A DNA stretch of 64,000 bases from an uncultured Chloroflexia bacterium (GCA_963774265.1 CAVZDU010000003.1:448001-512000); one strand, 5' to 3'. Counted from the first letter of the stretch, positions 1-11,201 are shown. Program-made: numbers and translations. Notes: generated by a model from the letters alone, not told the origin.

Positions 1-200
1 CTGGCTGCCCCGGCATCACCTTTGAACAGTCGGTGGTCGGCGGGCATGACTTCGCTGCTATCAACGGGCAGGAATAAACTCGAAAACAACAGTTTGGCCT
101 TTACTGTGACAAGATCGTGGAAGGACGGAAGCGGGCTCTTGACTGGATGCTGGAGCAGATTCCATTCCTTAAAGATTTCACAAGCTGCGAAATTGGGGGA

Positions 201-230
201 TTGACAAGCGTCAGGAATCGTAGTATACAT
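201..230 (+). promoter_or_regulatory. sigma70-type promoter of the sugar ABC operon
   Basis: TTGACA at 201-206, TATACA(T) at 224-230 with a 17-nt spacer, in an AT-rich stretch upstream of ATG 421. Confidence 0.6.
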
Positions 231-234
231 TGTT

Positions 235-268
235 TAATCGCTTAAATAAGCGCTTAATCAAGCGATTA
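235..268. promoter_or_regulatory. three tandem LacI-type operator palindromes
   Basis: TAATCGCTTA 235-244, TAAGCGCTTA 247-256 (perfect palindrome) and CAAGCGATTA 259-268; central CG is typical of LacI/GalR sites; the operon ends in a LacI gene. Confidence 0.65.
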
Positions 269-420
269 CCTCGGAATACGACAGATAACGCACTCGCAAA
301 GTTCTAACTGTCATCGTAATCCAGAGTAAAGGAGGTGCTCACAGCGAACCACTACAGTAGAGCAAACTCGGCCGTATTACCCGTAAGTTCACCCCTACAA
401 TCTGGAGGAAAGAGGATCAC

Positions 421-1499
421 ATGTCGTACAAGCTCATCATCCCGTTGTTCCTGATCGTCATGCTGCTGGCCGCCTGCGGCGGCGCAGCCCCGACCACCGC
501 TCCTGCGGCACCTGCTGCCGCTACCGCCGCCCCTGCTGCTGCAGCCGCAAAGCCGGCCGCTGGGGAACCCGATTATCGTCGGCCTGATCACCAAGACCGA
601 GACCAACCCGTTCTTCGTCAAGATGAAGGAAGGCGCTCAGGCCAAGGCCGACGAATTGGGCGTCAAGTTGATGACCGGCGCCGGCGCCAAAGACGGCGAC
701 AACGAAGGCCAGGTGACGGCGCTCGAGAACATGGTCAACGCCGGGGCCAAGGGCATCCTCATCACCCCCAGCGACACCAAGGCGATCGTGCCGAGCATCC
801 AGAAAGCGCGCGATAAGGGCGTGGTCGTGATCGCGCTGGACACCGCGACCGAGCCGCAGAGCGCGGTTGACGCCCTGTTCGCGACCAACAACTTCAACGC
901 CGGCCTGCTGATCGGCCAGTGGGCCAAGGCGGCCATGGGCGGCAAGAAGCCCGTCATCGCCACGCTCGATCTGCAGCCCGGCATCACCGTCGGCGCGCAG
1001 CGCCACAACGGGTTCCTGCAGGGCTATCGGCCTGGCGCACGGCGGACCCGAACTCGTCCGACCTCGTCACCTCCGCCGAAGTGGTTTGCTGCCAGGACAC
1101 CCACGGCGACCAGACCGAAGGCCAGACCGCCATGGAGAACTGCCTGAGCAAGAACCCTGACATCAACCTGGTTTACACCATCAACGAACCGGCTGCCTTC
1201 GGCGCTTACCAGGCCATCAAGGCCGCGGGCAAGGAGAAAGACATCACCATCGTGTCCGTCGACGGCGGCTGCCGCGGCGTGCAGGGGTCGTCGATGGCCA
1301 GATTGCGGCCACTTCGCAACAGTACCCGCTGAAGATGGCCTCGATGGGCGTGGAAGCACTGGTCAAGTTTGCCCAGACCGGCGAGAAGCCGTCCGGCTAC
1401 ACCGATACCGGCGTCACGCTCATCACTGACAAGCCGCAGGCGGGCGTGGACAGCAAGGACTCCAAGTATGGCGCGGCGAACTGCTGGGGCGAGAAATAG
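421..1499 (+). CDS. monosaccharide ABC transporter substrate-binding lipoprotein (FrcB/RbsB-like), frameshifted in this assembly
   Basis: Lipobox LLAAC, Ala/Pro linker, then [42 protein letters not shown] and QYPLKMA pieces across ORFs 421-816, 623-1147 and 919-1332; TAG at 1497-1499. Confidence 0.85.
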
Positions 1500-1511
1500 C
1501 CTAAGCTGACT

Positions 1512-1550
1512 GAGTGGCGGTGAGGCTCACCCTCACCGCCACTCTCTTTT
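1512..1550 (+). terminator. intergenic stem-loop after the binding-protein gene
   Basis: Perfect 14-bp stem GAGTGGCGGTGAGG / CCTCACCGCCACTC followed by TCTTTT. Confidence 0.7.
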
Positions 1551-1564
1551 CAGGAGGATTACCC

Positions 1565-2560
1565 ATGAGCGCAGTCGTGAGTAAGGTCACCAAGCGTCGT
1601 TCCGGCGTTCTGAGACGTGTTGCGGGGATCGCCGATCATGGGCCCCCTTGCGGCGCTCGTGCTGGCGATTATCTTCTTTGCCACGCAAAGCGACAAGTTC
1701 CTGACTGGCGCCAATTTCTCCTTGATCATGCAGCAGGTGATGGTGGTCGGCACCCTGGCCATCGGGCAAACGTTGGTCATCTTGACCGGCGGCATCGATC
1801 TCTCCAACGGCATGATCATGGCGCTGTCCTCGGTGCTCATGACCGGCCTCGCCGTACGATCCGGGCGTCAATCCGATTCTGGCGATCTTGGTGGGCATCT
1901 GGCGTGTGTGTCGCTTTCGGTCTGTTGAACGGCGCGCTGATCACGGCCATCGGGCTGCCCGCCTTTCATCGTGACCCTGGGTACGCTACAACATTGTCTA
2001 TGCCCTGGTCCGTATCTACACCACGTCGACGATCACCAACCTGCCCGCCAGTCCTGTTGTTCTTCGGGAACACCTTCACGATCGGCGGCACCGAGATTCA
2101 CCTATGGCTCGGTGTTGATGCTCATCCTGTACGCGATCACCTGGTTCGTCTTGCGCTCGACGCCGGCCGGACGCTCCGTCTACGCCGTGGGCGATAACCC
2201 GGAGGCCGCCCGCCTGGCCGGCATCAACACCAACCGCGTGCTGATCGGGGTCTACACGATCGCCGCCTTGACTTACGGCATCGCCGGTCTGCTGCTGGTG
2301 TCCCGCACGGGCGTGGGTGACCCGCAGGCCGGCGCAAACCGGCAACCTGGACAGCATCACGGCCGTGGTGCTGGGCGGCACCAGCCTGTTGGGCGGTCGA
2401 GGCCAAATCATGGGGACGCTGATCGGCGCGCTCATCGTCGGGGTGTTCCGCAACGGCCTGCAACTGATGGGCGTCGAGTCGATCTACCAGGTGCTGATCA
2501 CCGGTATCCTGGTGATCGCTCGCGGTGTCCGTTGACTATCTCTCCCACCGGGGCAAGTAG
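1565..2560 (+). CDS. monosaccharide ABC transporter permease (FrcC/RbsC-like), frameshifted
   Basis: GQTLVILTGGIDLS, GRSVYAVGDNPEAARLAGI and LDSITAVVLGGTSLLGGRG motifs over several frames; AGGAGG RBS before ATG 1565. Confidence 0.85.
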
Positions 2561-2581
2561 CCAGACAGGAGGCATGTCGCC

Positions 2582-4096
2582 ATGAATGCATCCCCAGGTA
2601 AAGTCCTGCTGGAAATGAAGGGCATCGGCAAAACCTTCCCCGGCGTCAAGGCGTTGGAAGGCGTCAATCTCACCGTCCGGGAAGGCCAGGTCCATGCTCT
2701 GTTGGGTGAGAACGGGGCCGGCAAGTCGACCCTGATCAAGATTCTGTCCGGCGCCTATACGAAGGACGAAGGCCAGATCTTCTTCGAAGGGCAAGCCGGT
2801 TGAGATTCGCGGGCCCGCACGATGCCCAGGCGTTGGGTATCTCGACGATCTATCAGGAGTTCAACCTGGCCCGCGATCTGACCGTCGCCGAGAATATCTT
2901 TCTGGGCCACCTGCCCAGAAAAGGCGTCGACGGTCGATTGGGCTACGGTCAAGGCACGCTCGCAGGAGATCCTGGACACTCTGGGCGTCACCTTTTCCGT
3001 GGATGCGCCTGACCGCAACGCTTTCGGTGGCTGAACAGCAGTTGGTCGAGATTGCCAAATCGCTGAACCGCAAGACGCGCATCCTCATCATGGACGAGCC
3101 GTCGGCCGTGCTGGGCGAAAAAGACCTCGAAAAGCTGTTTCAGGTGGTCCGCTCGCTCCAGGCGCAGGGCATTGGCATCATCTACATCTCCCACCGTCTG
3201 AAGGAGATCTTCGAGCTGGCCGATGAGGTCACGGTCCTCAAAGATGGGCGCTATGTTGACACCCGGAGCGTCTCTGAAGTGACGATGGACGATCTGGTCA
3301 AGCTGATGATCGGGCGCGACCTGAAGGATGTCTATCCCAAGCGGAGCCTGACGCCCAGCGATGTCCTGCTGGAGGTCAACAATGTCTCCCAGACCAAGCT
3401 CGTGCACGATATTTCCTTCCAACTGCACGCCGGGCGAGATCGTCGGCTTTGCCGGCATCGTCGGCTCCGGGCGGACCGAGCTGGCGCGGGCCATCTTCGG
3501 CGCAGACCCATTCACCGGCGAGATGCGCATCTCCGGGCAAGCCGTATAAGCCGCACTCCCCGGCGGATGCGATCCAGCCACGGGGTGGCGCTGGTGACCG
3601 AGGATCGCAAGGCCCAGGGACTCTTCCTCAAGTTGAACGTCTGGCCATCAACACCACGATCTCGGGCTTGAAGCAATTGTGCCGGTTGGGCGTGATCCAA
3701 CTGGGCCAAGGAACTCAGCCTGGTCAAGCAGATGATCAAGGACTTGAGCATCAAGACGCCAGGCCCCAACTTTCATGGTGGTCAACATGAGCGGCGGCAA
3801 CCAGCAGAAGGTCGTCCTGGCCCGCTGGCTCAGCATCGGCACGCGCATCTTCATCCTGGACGAACCGACCCGCGGCATCGACGTGGGCAGCAAGTCTGAG
3901 ATCTACCAGATCATGGATGGATCTGACCAAGAAGGGCGTGGGGATCATCATGATCTCATCGGAGCTGCCCGAAGTCCTGGGCATGAGCGATCGCATCATG
4001 GTCATGCGCCAGGGCACGATCGTGAAGGAGTTGTCGCGAGCCGAGGCCAGTGAAGAGGCGATCATGAAGTACGCGGTGGGATCCGAGGCCGCTTGA
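2582..4096 (+). CDS. sugar ABC transporter ATP-binding protein (RbsA-type, two NBDs), frameshifted
   Basis: [10 protein letters not shown] Walker [15 protein letters not shown] and [12 protein letters not shown]. Confidence 0.9.
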
Positions 4097-4124
4097 TCTT
4101 GGCCGCAACAAGGAGGCGCTAACC

Positions 4125-4797
4125 ATGGCAGTGATTACGATTTCCAGAGAGCTGGGCAGTGGCGGCTTTGACATCGCCCAGCAGGTGGCGAAGAGTCTGG
4201 GCTATGAGTTCGTGGACAAGCGCACGATCCGATGGCATCTTCCGGCAGTACGGGCTGACCAAATTCGACGATTTGTACAACTCGGCGCCGAGCATCCTGG
4301 ACCTCATCAATGCGGACAATCTGCTGATCGTCTCGATGTTGAACGAGATTCTGGAGGCGCTGGCCAAACGCGGCAACGTCGTGATTCTGGGCCGGGCCGG
4401 CTTCGCTGTCCTGGGCGAGTATGCGGATGTGCTGAATGTGCACATCCAGGCTCCCTTCTCGGAGCGGGTGCAGCGGGTGATGGCCAGGGAAGGCCTGACC
4501 GATCTCGCAGCCAGCCGAGGAGCGGGTGCGACGAGGACGACAACGTGCACCGCAAATATGTCCAGAGGTTCTATAACAAGCAGTGGGATGATCCGTCCAA
4601 CTTCGATCTGGTCCTCGACTACGGGCTCGCTGTCCAGCGGACGAGGCCGTGAAACAGATCGTGGAAGCGGCCCGAGCCTTGACCAAAAGGCGCAGGCAAG
4701 GATGCGGTCACGACCGCATCGACTTCAGGTCGATCCTGTTCTGGCGGATGCCGTCGCCAAAACGATGGCCGGTCGGATAGCACAGGCGCCTGCGTAG
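4125..4797 (+). CDS. cytidylate kinase-like family protein, frameshifted
   Basis: MAVITISRELGSGG start, GNVVILGRAG, and YVQRFY..WDDPSNFDLVLD typical of Cytidylate_kin2. Confidence 0.75.
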
Positions 4798-5029
4798 GCG
4801 CGTGGACGGAGTAGGGTGAGGTTCTTCACGGTCCGCGGGCCGGATGGCGAAAAACTCGAATCATGGCCTCTGTGAGCCGAACCGACCCGCGGCCTTGACG
4901 TGAGCTGTTAGTCGGGGTCGTGCTTTCTCGACGTTATCAGAATCTGCAGTGGGCAGGCTGGAGGCCTCGGCCGGTCCTGTTCACTGCAGCATCCGGTCTC
5001 TTTGGAAAAAGCAGGGGGTACGCGAGCCA

Positions 5030-6487
5030 ATGATCCATTGCACGCTGGGCATCGACATGGGTACGTCGGGCGTTAAAGCCGCACTCCTTGACCTGGACAC
5101 GTTCAAGCTGATCACTTTGGCCATGCAGGGCTACGACAACGCGCCCGAACAATCCTCGGAGATGCTGTGGCAAGCGACCGCTGCCACCGTTCGCGAGGCC
5201 GTCACCGGGATCGATCCGCGTGCCATCCGGGGCATCAGCTTCTCGGGCCAGATGCACGGGACCGTCATGTACGATGCACAGGGCGAGGTCATCGAGCCAA
5301 TCATCAATTGGCAAGACAAGCGCTGCGATATTCCCCTCGGGCGGTACGGTAACCGGACCACGATCGAAGTGATGATGGCCCTCCTGGCCGGCGCCGAGTT
5401 TGACGACCTGGGCATCGACCTCCTGCCGAGCGGCTACCTCAGCGCAACGCTGTTCTATATCAAGGAAAACGACCCTGCGCTATTCGAGCGGATTTGCCAG
5501 GCCGTTCTGCCCGGGGATTTCATCCGCGGGCAGCTGCTGGGCGCCTCCGATCGCGCCTCCGGTCGCGCCACCGATCCGACCAACGCGTCTGGGACCGGCC
5601 TTTTCAACACCCGGCTCAATCGGTGGCACGGGAGCATCATCGCGAAACTCGGGCTGCCCCGGGAAATCCTGCCGGCCGTCCACGATAGCGCCGAAGTGGC
5701 GGGCGTGCTCCCTTCGGCCGTTGCGGAGGAGTTGAACCTGGCGCCGGGGACGCCCGTGGTCTACGGCGGCGGCGACAACCAGATGTCGCTGCTGGGCAAC
5801 GGGCTCGTCTCGAGCCGTTCGCCGGCCCTGATCAATATCGGCACCGGCGCGCAGGTGTCGCAGGTCACCTCCCAGTATGCCAGGAAGCCGGGCGTCGACA
5901 CTCGCAGCTATTTCAGCCGGTCATACGCTTTCGTCGGCCCGAGCCTGGGCGGAGGACGGAGTTACGCGCATCTGCACAGGGCGCTGCAGAGCCGCGAGGG
6001 GCGCGACATCGGATACCAGGAGATGGATGAGCTGGCTTCCAGAGTGCCAGTTGGCGCAGACGGGCTGGTGTTTCAAGTGACCGTACGTGGCGCGGCCGGC
6101 GGTCCCGAAGGCTTCGTCGGACATACGGAGTTGCAGGATGTGGGCCACCAGACCCGGGCGGTCATGGAGGGCGTGCTGCTGGATCTCTACCGGCTGCGTC
6201 CCCCCACATTGGCAGACGGGCCCGGGTTCATGGTGGGCGCGGGGAAAGGGTTGCAGAACAGCCGGGTCTGGGCGCAGATGGCCGCGGACGTGTTTGACTG
6301 CCCGATCAAGATCACCAACTTTGAAAATGCTGTTTGGGGCGCAGCAGTGATCGCGGCGGTGGGCGCCGGCGCGATCACTGACGTACGCGACGCGACTGCG
6401 ACGATCGAGTACAGCCGGGAGCTCTTGCCTGACCCGGCCAGTGCGGCGCAGTACCGAGACCTCATCGCTGAAAGGAAGGGTCCCTGA
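5030..6487 (+). CDS. FGGY-family carbohydrate kinase (sedoheptulokinase/xylulokinase-like)
   Basis: LGIDMGTSGVKA, SGQMHG, WQDKRC, GGGDNQ, NIGTG and RAVMEG. Confidence 0.85.
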   Translation: MIHCTLGIDMGTSGVKAALLDLDTFKLITLAMQGYDNAPEQSSEMLWQATAATVREAVTGIDPRAIRGISFSGQMHGTVMYDAQGEVIEPIINWQDKRCDIPLGRYGNRTTIEVMMALLAGAEFDDLGIDLLPSGYLSATLFYIKENDPALFERICQAVLPGDFIRGQLLGASDRASGRATDPTNASGTGLFNTRLNRWHGSIIAKLGLPREILPAVHDSAEVAGVLPSAVAEELNLAPGTPVVYGGGDNQMSLLGNGLVSSRSPALINIGTGAQVSQVTSQYARKPGVDTRSYFSRSYAFVGPSLGGGRSYAHLHRALQSREGRDIGYQEMDELASRVPVGADGLVFQVTVRGAAGGPEGFVGHTELQDVGHQTRAVMEGVLLDLYRLRPPTLADGPGFMVGAGKGLQNSRVWAQMAADVFDCPIKITNFENAVWGAAVIAAVGAGAITDVRDATATIEYSRELLPDPASAAQYRDLIAERKGP

Positions 6488-6488
6488 G

Positions 6489-7472
6489 ATGTTCGATGTG
6501 ATTGCCTGCGGCGAGCTCTTGATCGATTTCGTCTCGACTGAGTCTGGCGTAACGCTGGGCCAGGCGCCGGCATTCCAGAAAGCTCCCGGTGGCGCGCCTG
6601 CCAACGTCGCGGTGGGCGTCGCGCGGCTGGGATATCGGGCTGGCTTCCTCGGGCAGGTGGGCGATGACGACTTCGGGCACTTCCTGGCCGACACGATCGC
6701 GGTGGCCGGAGTGGACGTCGGTGGCTTGCGCTTTTCGCCCGAGGCCCGCACCGCACTGGCGTTCGTGTCCCTGCGCAACGACGGCGAGCGCAGCTTCATG
6801 TTCTACCGCCACCCAAGCGCGGACATGTTGTGGCGGCCTGAAGATGTGGACCGGGAGTACGTGGCGGGCACGCGCATCTTCCATCACGGCTCCATCTCGC
6901 TGATCAACGAGCCGAGCCGGAGCGCCACGCTGGCGGCGGTCGAGTATGCCCGCGAGGGTGGCGCGCTGATCTCGTACGATCCGAATCTGCGGCTGGCACT
7001 GTGGCCTTCGCCCGACGCGGCGCGGGCGGGGATCCTGGCGGCATGGCCGTTCGCCGACCTGATCAAGGTCAGCGAAGAGGAGCTGGAATTCCTCACCGGA
7101 GACCTGGACATCGAGCGCGCCGCGCGGTCTCTCTGGTCGCAGCGACTGCTGCTGTTGGTGGTGACGCGCGGGCCGGCCGGGTGCATGTACTTCACGCCGG
7201 AGGGCAGCGGTGTGGTGCCCGGCTTTGCGGTGCATCCAGTCGATACCACGGGCGCAGGAGATGGTTTCGTCGCCGGGCTCCTGGCCGGGCTCCTGGACTG
7301 CGGGCTGTCGCGGGATGCCGCCGACCTGGAGCGCGCCCTGCGTCTCGGGAACGCCATGGGCGCGCTGGCCACCACCCAAAAGGGCGCCATCCCGGCGCTG
7401 CCCACTCGCCAGGCGGTCGAGGCTTTTCTGCGGGAGGCAGCGCACGGGCAGGGGGATCAATGGGCAGATTGA
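6489..7472 (+). CDS. PfkB-family carbohydrate kinase (fructokinase-like)
   Basis: GELLIDF, PGGAPANVA, YDPNLR and DTTGAGDGF signatures. Confidence 0.9.
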   Translation: MFDVIACGELLIDFVSTESGVTLGQAPAFQKAPGGAPANVAVGVARLGYRAGFLGQVGDDDFGHFLADTIAVAGVDVGGLRFSPEARTALAFVSLRNDGERSFMFYRHPSADMLWRPEDVDREYVAGTRIFHHGSISLINEPSRSATLAAVEYAREGGALISYDPNLRLALWPSPDAARAGILAAWPFADLIKVSEEELEFLTGDLDIERAARSLWSQRLLLLVVTRGPAGCMYFTPEGSGVVPGFAVHPVDTTGAGDGFVAGLLAGLLDCGLSRDAADLERALRLGNAMGALATTQKGAIPALPTRQAVEAFLREAAHGQGDQWAD

Positions 7473-8543
7473 CCATCGCGGATGTTGCCAGAGAAGCAGG
7501 TGTCTCGACAGCGACGGTGTCGAACGTCATCAACAACACCCGCTTCGTGAGCGACGAAACTCGCCAGAAGGTCAACGACGCAATCGAAGCTCTGGGTTTT
7601 GTGCCGAGCGCGGTGGCGCGGAGCCTGGTTACCAACATCTCGCAGATCGCCGGCGTCATCGTCTCCGATATCACCAACCCCTTTTTTCCGGCCATGGTGC
7701 GGGGGATCGAAGATCAGACCCTCCCCTATCGTTACAGCATGGTCCTGGGCAACACCGATGAGGATCCGCTGCGCGAAGAGGAGCTTGTCCGTCTGATGAC
7801 GAGGCAGCGCGTCGACGGCCTCATCATCGCACCCACGGGTGTGCGTTGCGCACCGCTCCTGGCGCTGGCGGAATCGGGCGTTCCGATCGTCCAGCTCGAC
7901 CGCACCAGCCCAGGCTTGACCGCACCGCTGGTCGGCGTCAACAACGAAGAGGGCGCCTATCAGGCCGTGAGCTACCTGATCGGCCTGGGGCACCGACGGA
8001 TTGCCTGTCTGTTTGGCATCGAGGCAATCAGCACACAAGGTGAACGGCTCAAAGGCTGGAGGCGAGCCTTGCAGGAGGCGGATCTCCCGATCGACGAGGA
8101 CCTGATCGTGCGGGCAGATCCGCGTCTTCTACGGCACCTTGCCGGATGCCGCGGGTGCGATAGCTCCGGTCAGGCCTGCGCTGGCGCACGAGAAGCTGCC
8201 CGGTGTAGATGAGGCGCTGGGCGGTCTTTGGGAAGGTCCCCGGCCTCCCTCGGCAGTGTTCGCGCTGACGAATCAATTAGCCCTTAGCACGTTGTACGCC
8301 CTCAAGGCGCGTGGGCTAAGATTCCCGGAGGACATCTCGCTCGTCAGTTTCGATGACCCCGATTGGGCGCCGCTCTTTAGTCCCCCCCTGACTACTGTGC
8401 GCCAGCCCGCGTACCAACTCGGCGAGGCCGCCGCAGGCCTGTTGATGAGCCTGATCAACCACGAGCCGGCCGAGCCTCCTCCTCCCTTGCCGGTTGTCTT
8501 GATGAAAAGGGCGTCCAGCGGTCCACCGCCTTCGGGCGGGTGA
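7460..8543 (+). CDS. LacI-family transcriptional regulator, frameshifted near 8130
   Basis: TIADVAREAGVSTATVSNV HTH, DITNPFF, and PEDISLVSFDD..PPLTTVRQP in ORF 8139-8543. Confidence 0.9.
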
Positions 8544-8665
8544 AGTCACTGCGCCGAGGATGTCGTCTGCGCAGCGTCTCATCGCTTGGGCCCCCGCTCC
8601 AGTGAGTGAGCCGGCCGAGATCCAAGGTCGCAACCGGCCTTCTTGCGGCCCACAAGTCGACCTCC

Positions 8666-8693
8666 GACGTACTTCTGCGGGTAGAAGTACGTC
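8666..8693. terminator. stem-loop between the convergent LacI and primase genes
   Basis: 11-bp perfect inverted repeat GACGTACTTCT / AGAAGTACGTC with a 6-nt loop. Confidence 0.5.
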
Positions 8694-8758
8694 AAGCGCG
8701 TGGCGGAAGCGGCGCCATGATGGGTTGACGAACAGGAGAATTTACAAATCGCCTGCGC

Positions 8759-10940
8759 TCAATCATCGTCGCCGTCCACCTCCCGCACAAAGGACAACTC
8801 CCAGGGTTCCAGGCCTGCATAATCGTCCGCCTGCCCCGGGTTACCCCACGGGTCCCCCGCGTCCGGCGGCTCGGACTGGTGCACTGGTGCACCTGATTTC
8901 GGGGGGATAGACACACACACACTTCCCCTGGCCAGGTGGTCGGGATGCGGCAGCACCGGCCGGTCCGCGGGCATCGGGTCGCCGATGGCATAGCGCGCGG
9001 GCTGCCTCTCCCGCGTCTCAAGATTGACCAGGTACCCGTCATGGATGGCCCGCAGCGCGCGGCGGCCGGCCGCCGACTTGTCCAGCCCCAGGGCATTGGC
9101 CAGTTGGGCCCGGCTCACCTCGGCCGGCTTGTTCGCGGCCCTGGCCTGCCCGATCAGCTGCGCCACGGCTTCAACCGTTTCCCGCGTGGTCGCGTTCACC
9201 GCGGCCTGGACCGTGTCGCCGATCACGTCCGCGACCGTCTCATAGACCGCGCGGTAGTCCTCCGGCGTTGCGATGATCCGGCCGCCCTCGTCGCGGCCGC
9301 GCTGCGCCTGGTGCAGAATCGCGTGGCTGCGGATGAGATTCAGCACCGCCCCGAAATCACGGCGGAGGCGGACGGCCCGCACATCGGCCAGGCTGGTCAG
9401 GCGATCGGCGAAGGGAATGACCACCTCGCGGCAGCCGGCCAGCTCGAGCCAGGTCTGCAGCCCGTGCCAGGCTGAGAAGTCCGGCCGCGGAGGCTCGCGG
9501 CCCTTCGCGCGATCGGCCAGTGCCTGCAGAATCCCCGCGGTCTGTGTTGGGTCGTCGCGCACCGTCACCGAGAACATGCGGGTTTCGTTTTCAGGGTGCA
9601 GGCTCGCGCCGGTGGTCGTGACGATCAGTCCCGTCGGCCCGGCGCGCTCGATCAGTTTCGACTTAAGCCCATCCGCAGTCTTCTCCACGGTCTCATAGCG
9701 GATGCAACCCTCTGAAAGCAGGGTGCGCATCAGATAGGTGCCAAAGTCGGAGGTCAGGCCCGCGGCCTCGTACAGCACCAGGTGGCGATGGGCCAACGGC
9801 TCGTTGCTGTAGGCTAACGACCGCTCAGACATGGACGACAGTGCATAGAACGCGTTGGGCGGGAAGGCCCGGAGCACGGTCTCGACCGTGAAGGACTTGC
9901 CGCCCGACGACGGCCCCTTGACGACGACGGAGACCGGCCGCTTCAGGAGGCGCGAGGTGACGGCCAGGTAGAGCAGCCGCGCGGTGCGTTCCTCGCCCAC
10001 CAGCCCCAGGCTGTTGCACAGCCCGGTCAACTCGGCCAGGATATCGGGGGAACGGAGCAGCGCGGCAGCCTGTTGTTTGGCCTGGCCGGCCTCCGCATGC
10101 AGGGCTTCGGCCCGGAGCTCGCGCCACGGCCGGGCAGAGGCCCTGAGCCGGTCCACCAGCGCGGGCACATCATCGCCGGCCAGGTGGCAGTCGCTGATGT
10201 CTTTGCGGCCCTCGGGCGGGGTGATGACAAGGCAATCGGGGAGCGACTCGCCCACCTTCTCAGCGAAGGCCGCGCCGCCCCCGTCGCTTTCCCGCCAGGC
10301 ATACACCGTCAGTCCGTCCAGATAGCGCGCCCACTCCGGTTTCCAGGTGGCCGCGCCGGGGATGCCCAGCGCCGGGATGCCGTGAAGCCAGAAGGTCTGG
10401 GCGTCACTCTCCCCCTCGCACAGGATAACATACGGGGCGCTCCGATCCAGCCGCCAGAGCCCATACGGTTGGAATCTTGGCGCCCCTGCGCCACCTGAAG
10501 CGGTTCTCGCCGGTCAGCGCCACGCGCAACCGGACGCCGGTCTCGGTCCCGGCCGCGTCATAGTAGGGCATTTTCAGGTAGGGCTTGCCCAGGCTGTGGG
10601 CGGTCTGCAGGCCGAGCGCATCCAGAAAGTCCAGGGGCAGCCCCTTGACCCGGGCATAGTTCTCCAGGGTAGGGGGAAGGTATGTGTGTGTAGTACCCCC
10701 GCGTTCCAGTTGCACCAGTGCACCAGTCAAGTGCGCGGCCAGGTCACGGAGACCGCCCGACTTCCCGCAGGCGAAGCACTTGTAGCCCGCGGCCGAAACC
10801 GAGAAGTTCTGCGCGTGGGTGTCATGGTGGAATGGGCACAGCGCCCAATACTCGCCCTTCCGGTCCGGGAAGCGGCCGTCCGGCGACCCGCCCCGGTCCA
10901 ACTTCGGCAGGATCACCTCAAGCAGGCTATCGGAGTTCAC
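8759..10940 (-). CDS. phage/plasmid-type primase-helicase: CHC2 Zn finger + TOPRIM + P-loop ATPase + C-terminal wHTH; one frameshift near 10470
   Basis: CPFHHD..YKCFACG zinc finger (ORF 10404-11114); ILCEGESD..GIPG and KDISD TOPRIM motifs; VVKGPSSGGKS Walker A and LVLYEA (ORF 8759-10306); AQLANALGLDKSAAGRR HTH-like end; GTG start at 10940 with GGAGG upstream. Confidence 0.8.
8874..8929 (+). repeat. iteron-like site A inside the 3' end of the primase gene (inverted copy of 10671-10728)
   Basis: GACTGGTGCACTGGTGCA followed by a G-run, an (AC)n tract and CTTCCCCT. Confidence 0.75.
10671..10728 (-). repeat. iteron-like site B inside the 5' part of the primase gene (inverted copy of 8874-8929)
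   Basis: Reverse complement reads GACTGGTGCACTGGTGCA (18/18 identical to site A), then a G-run, (AC)n and CCTTCCCCCT. Confidence 0.75.
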
Positions 10941-11143
10941 CGGCCCCATCCTCCGGGTCCGGTCGCCCGCGGTAGCTGGCGGTCTCGGGCCGCTCGAACC
11001 AGGCGCCGGCCTCCACCGCGGCCTTGCGCAGAACGACCCGGATCGCGTCGGATTGCGTCCGTTCGAGCTTGCGCGCCGAGCGCGTCGATCATGCGCCGTT
11101 CTTCTTCCGAGCACTTGAACGTGAACGAATCTACTCGCCTCAT
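10937..11143 (-). CDS. small ribbon-helix-helix (CopG-like) DNA-binding protein, probably with one indel
   Basis: MRRVDSFTFKCSEEERRMIDAL continues in the shifted frame as ARKLERTQSDAIRVVLRKAA (beta-helix-helix pattern); abuts or overlaps the primase start. Confidence 0.6.
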   Translation of the reverse strand: MRRVDSFTFKCSEEERRMIDALGAQARTDAIRRDPGRSAQGRGGGRRLVRAARDRQLPRATGPGGWGR

Positions 11144-11201
11144 AGAACCCCCTTCGCTGCGATGCTAAAGGGAGTCTACTCCGGTCGAAACGGCATCATT
11201 C

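Noticed and set aside
22-204. 60-aa ORF at the window start
   Set aside because: No RBS or recognisable motif; it overlaps the promoter region.
8910-8922. (AC)n tract as a phase-variation switch in the primase gene
   Set aside because: Short tract near the 3' end that is mirrored in the inverted site; better explained as part of that motif.
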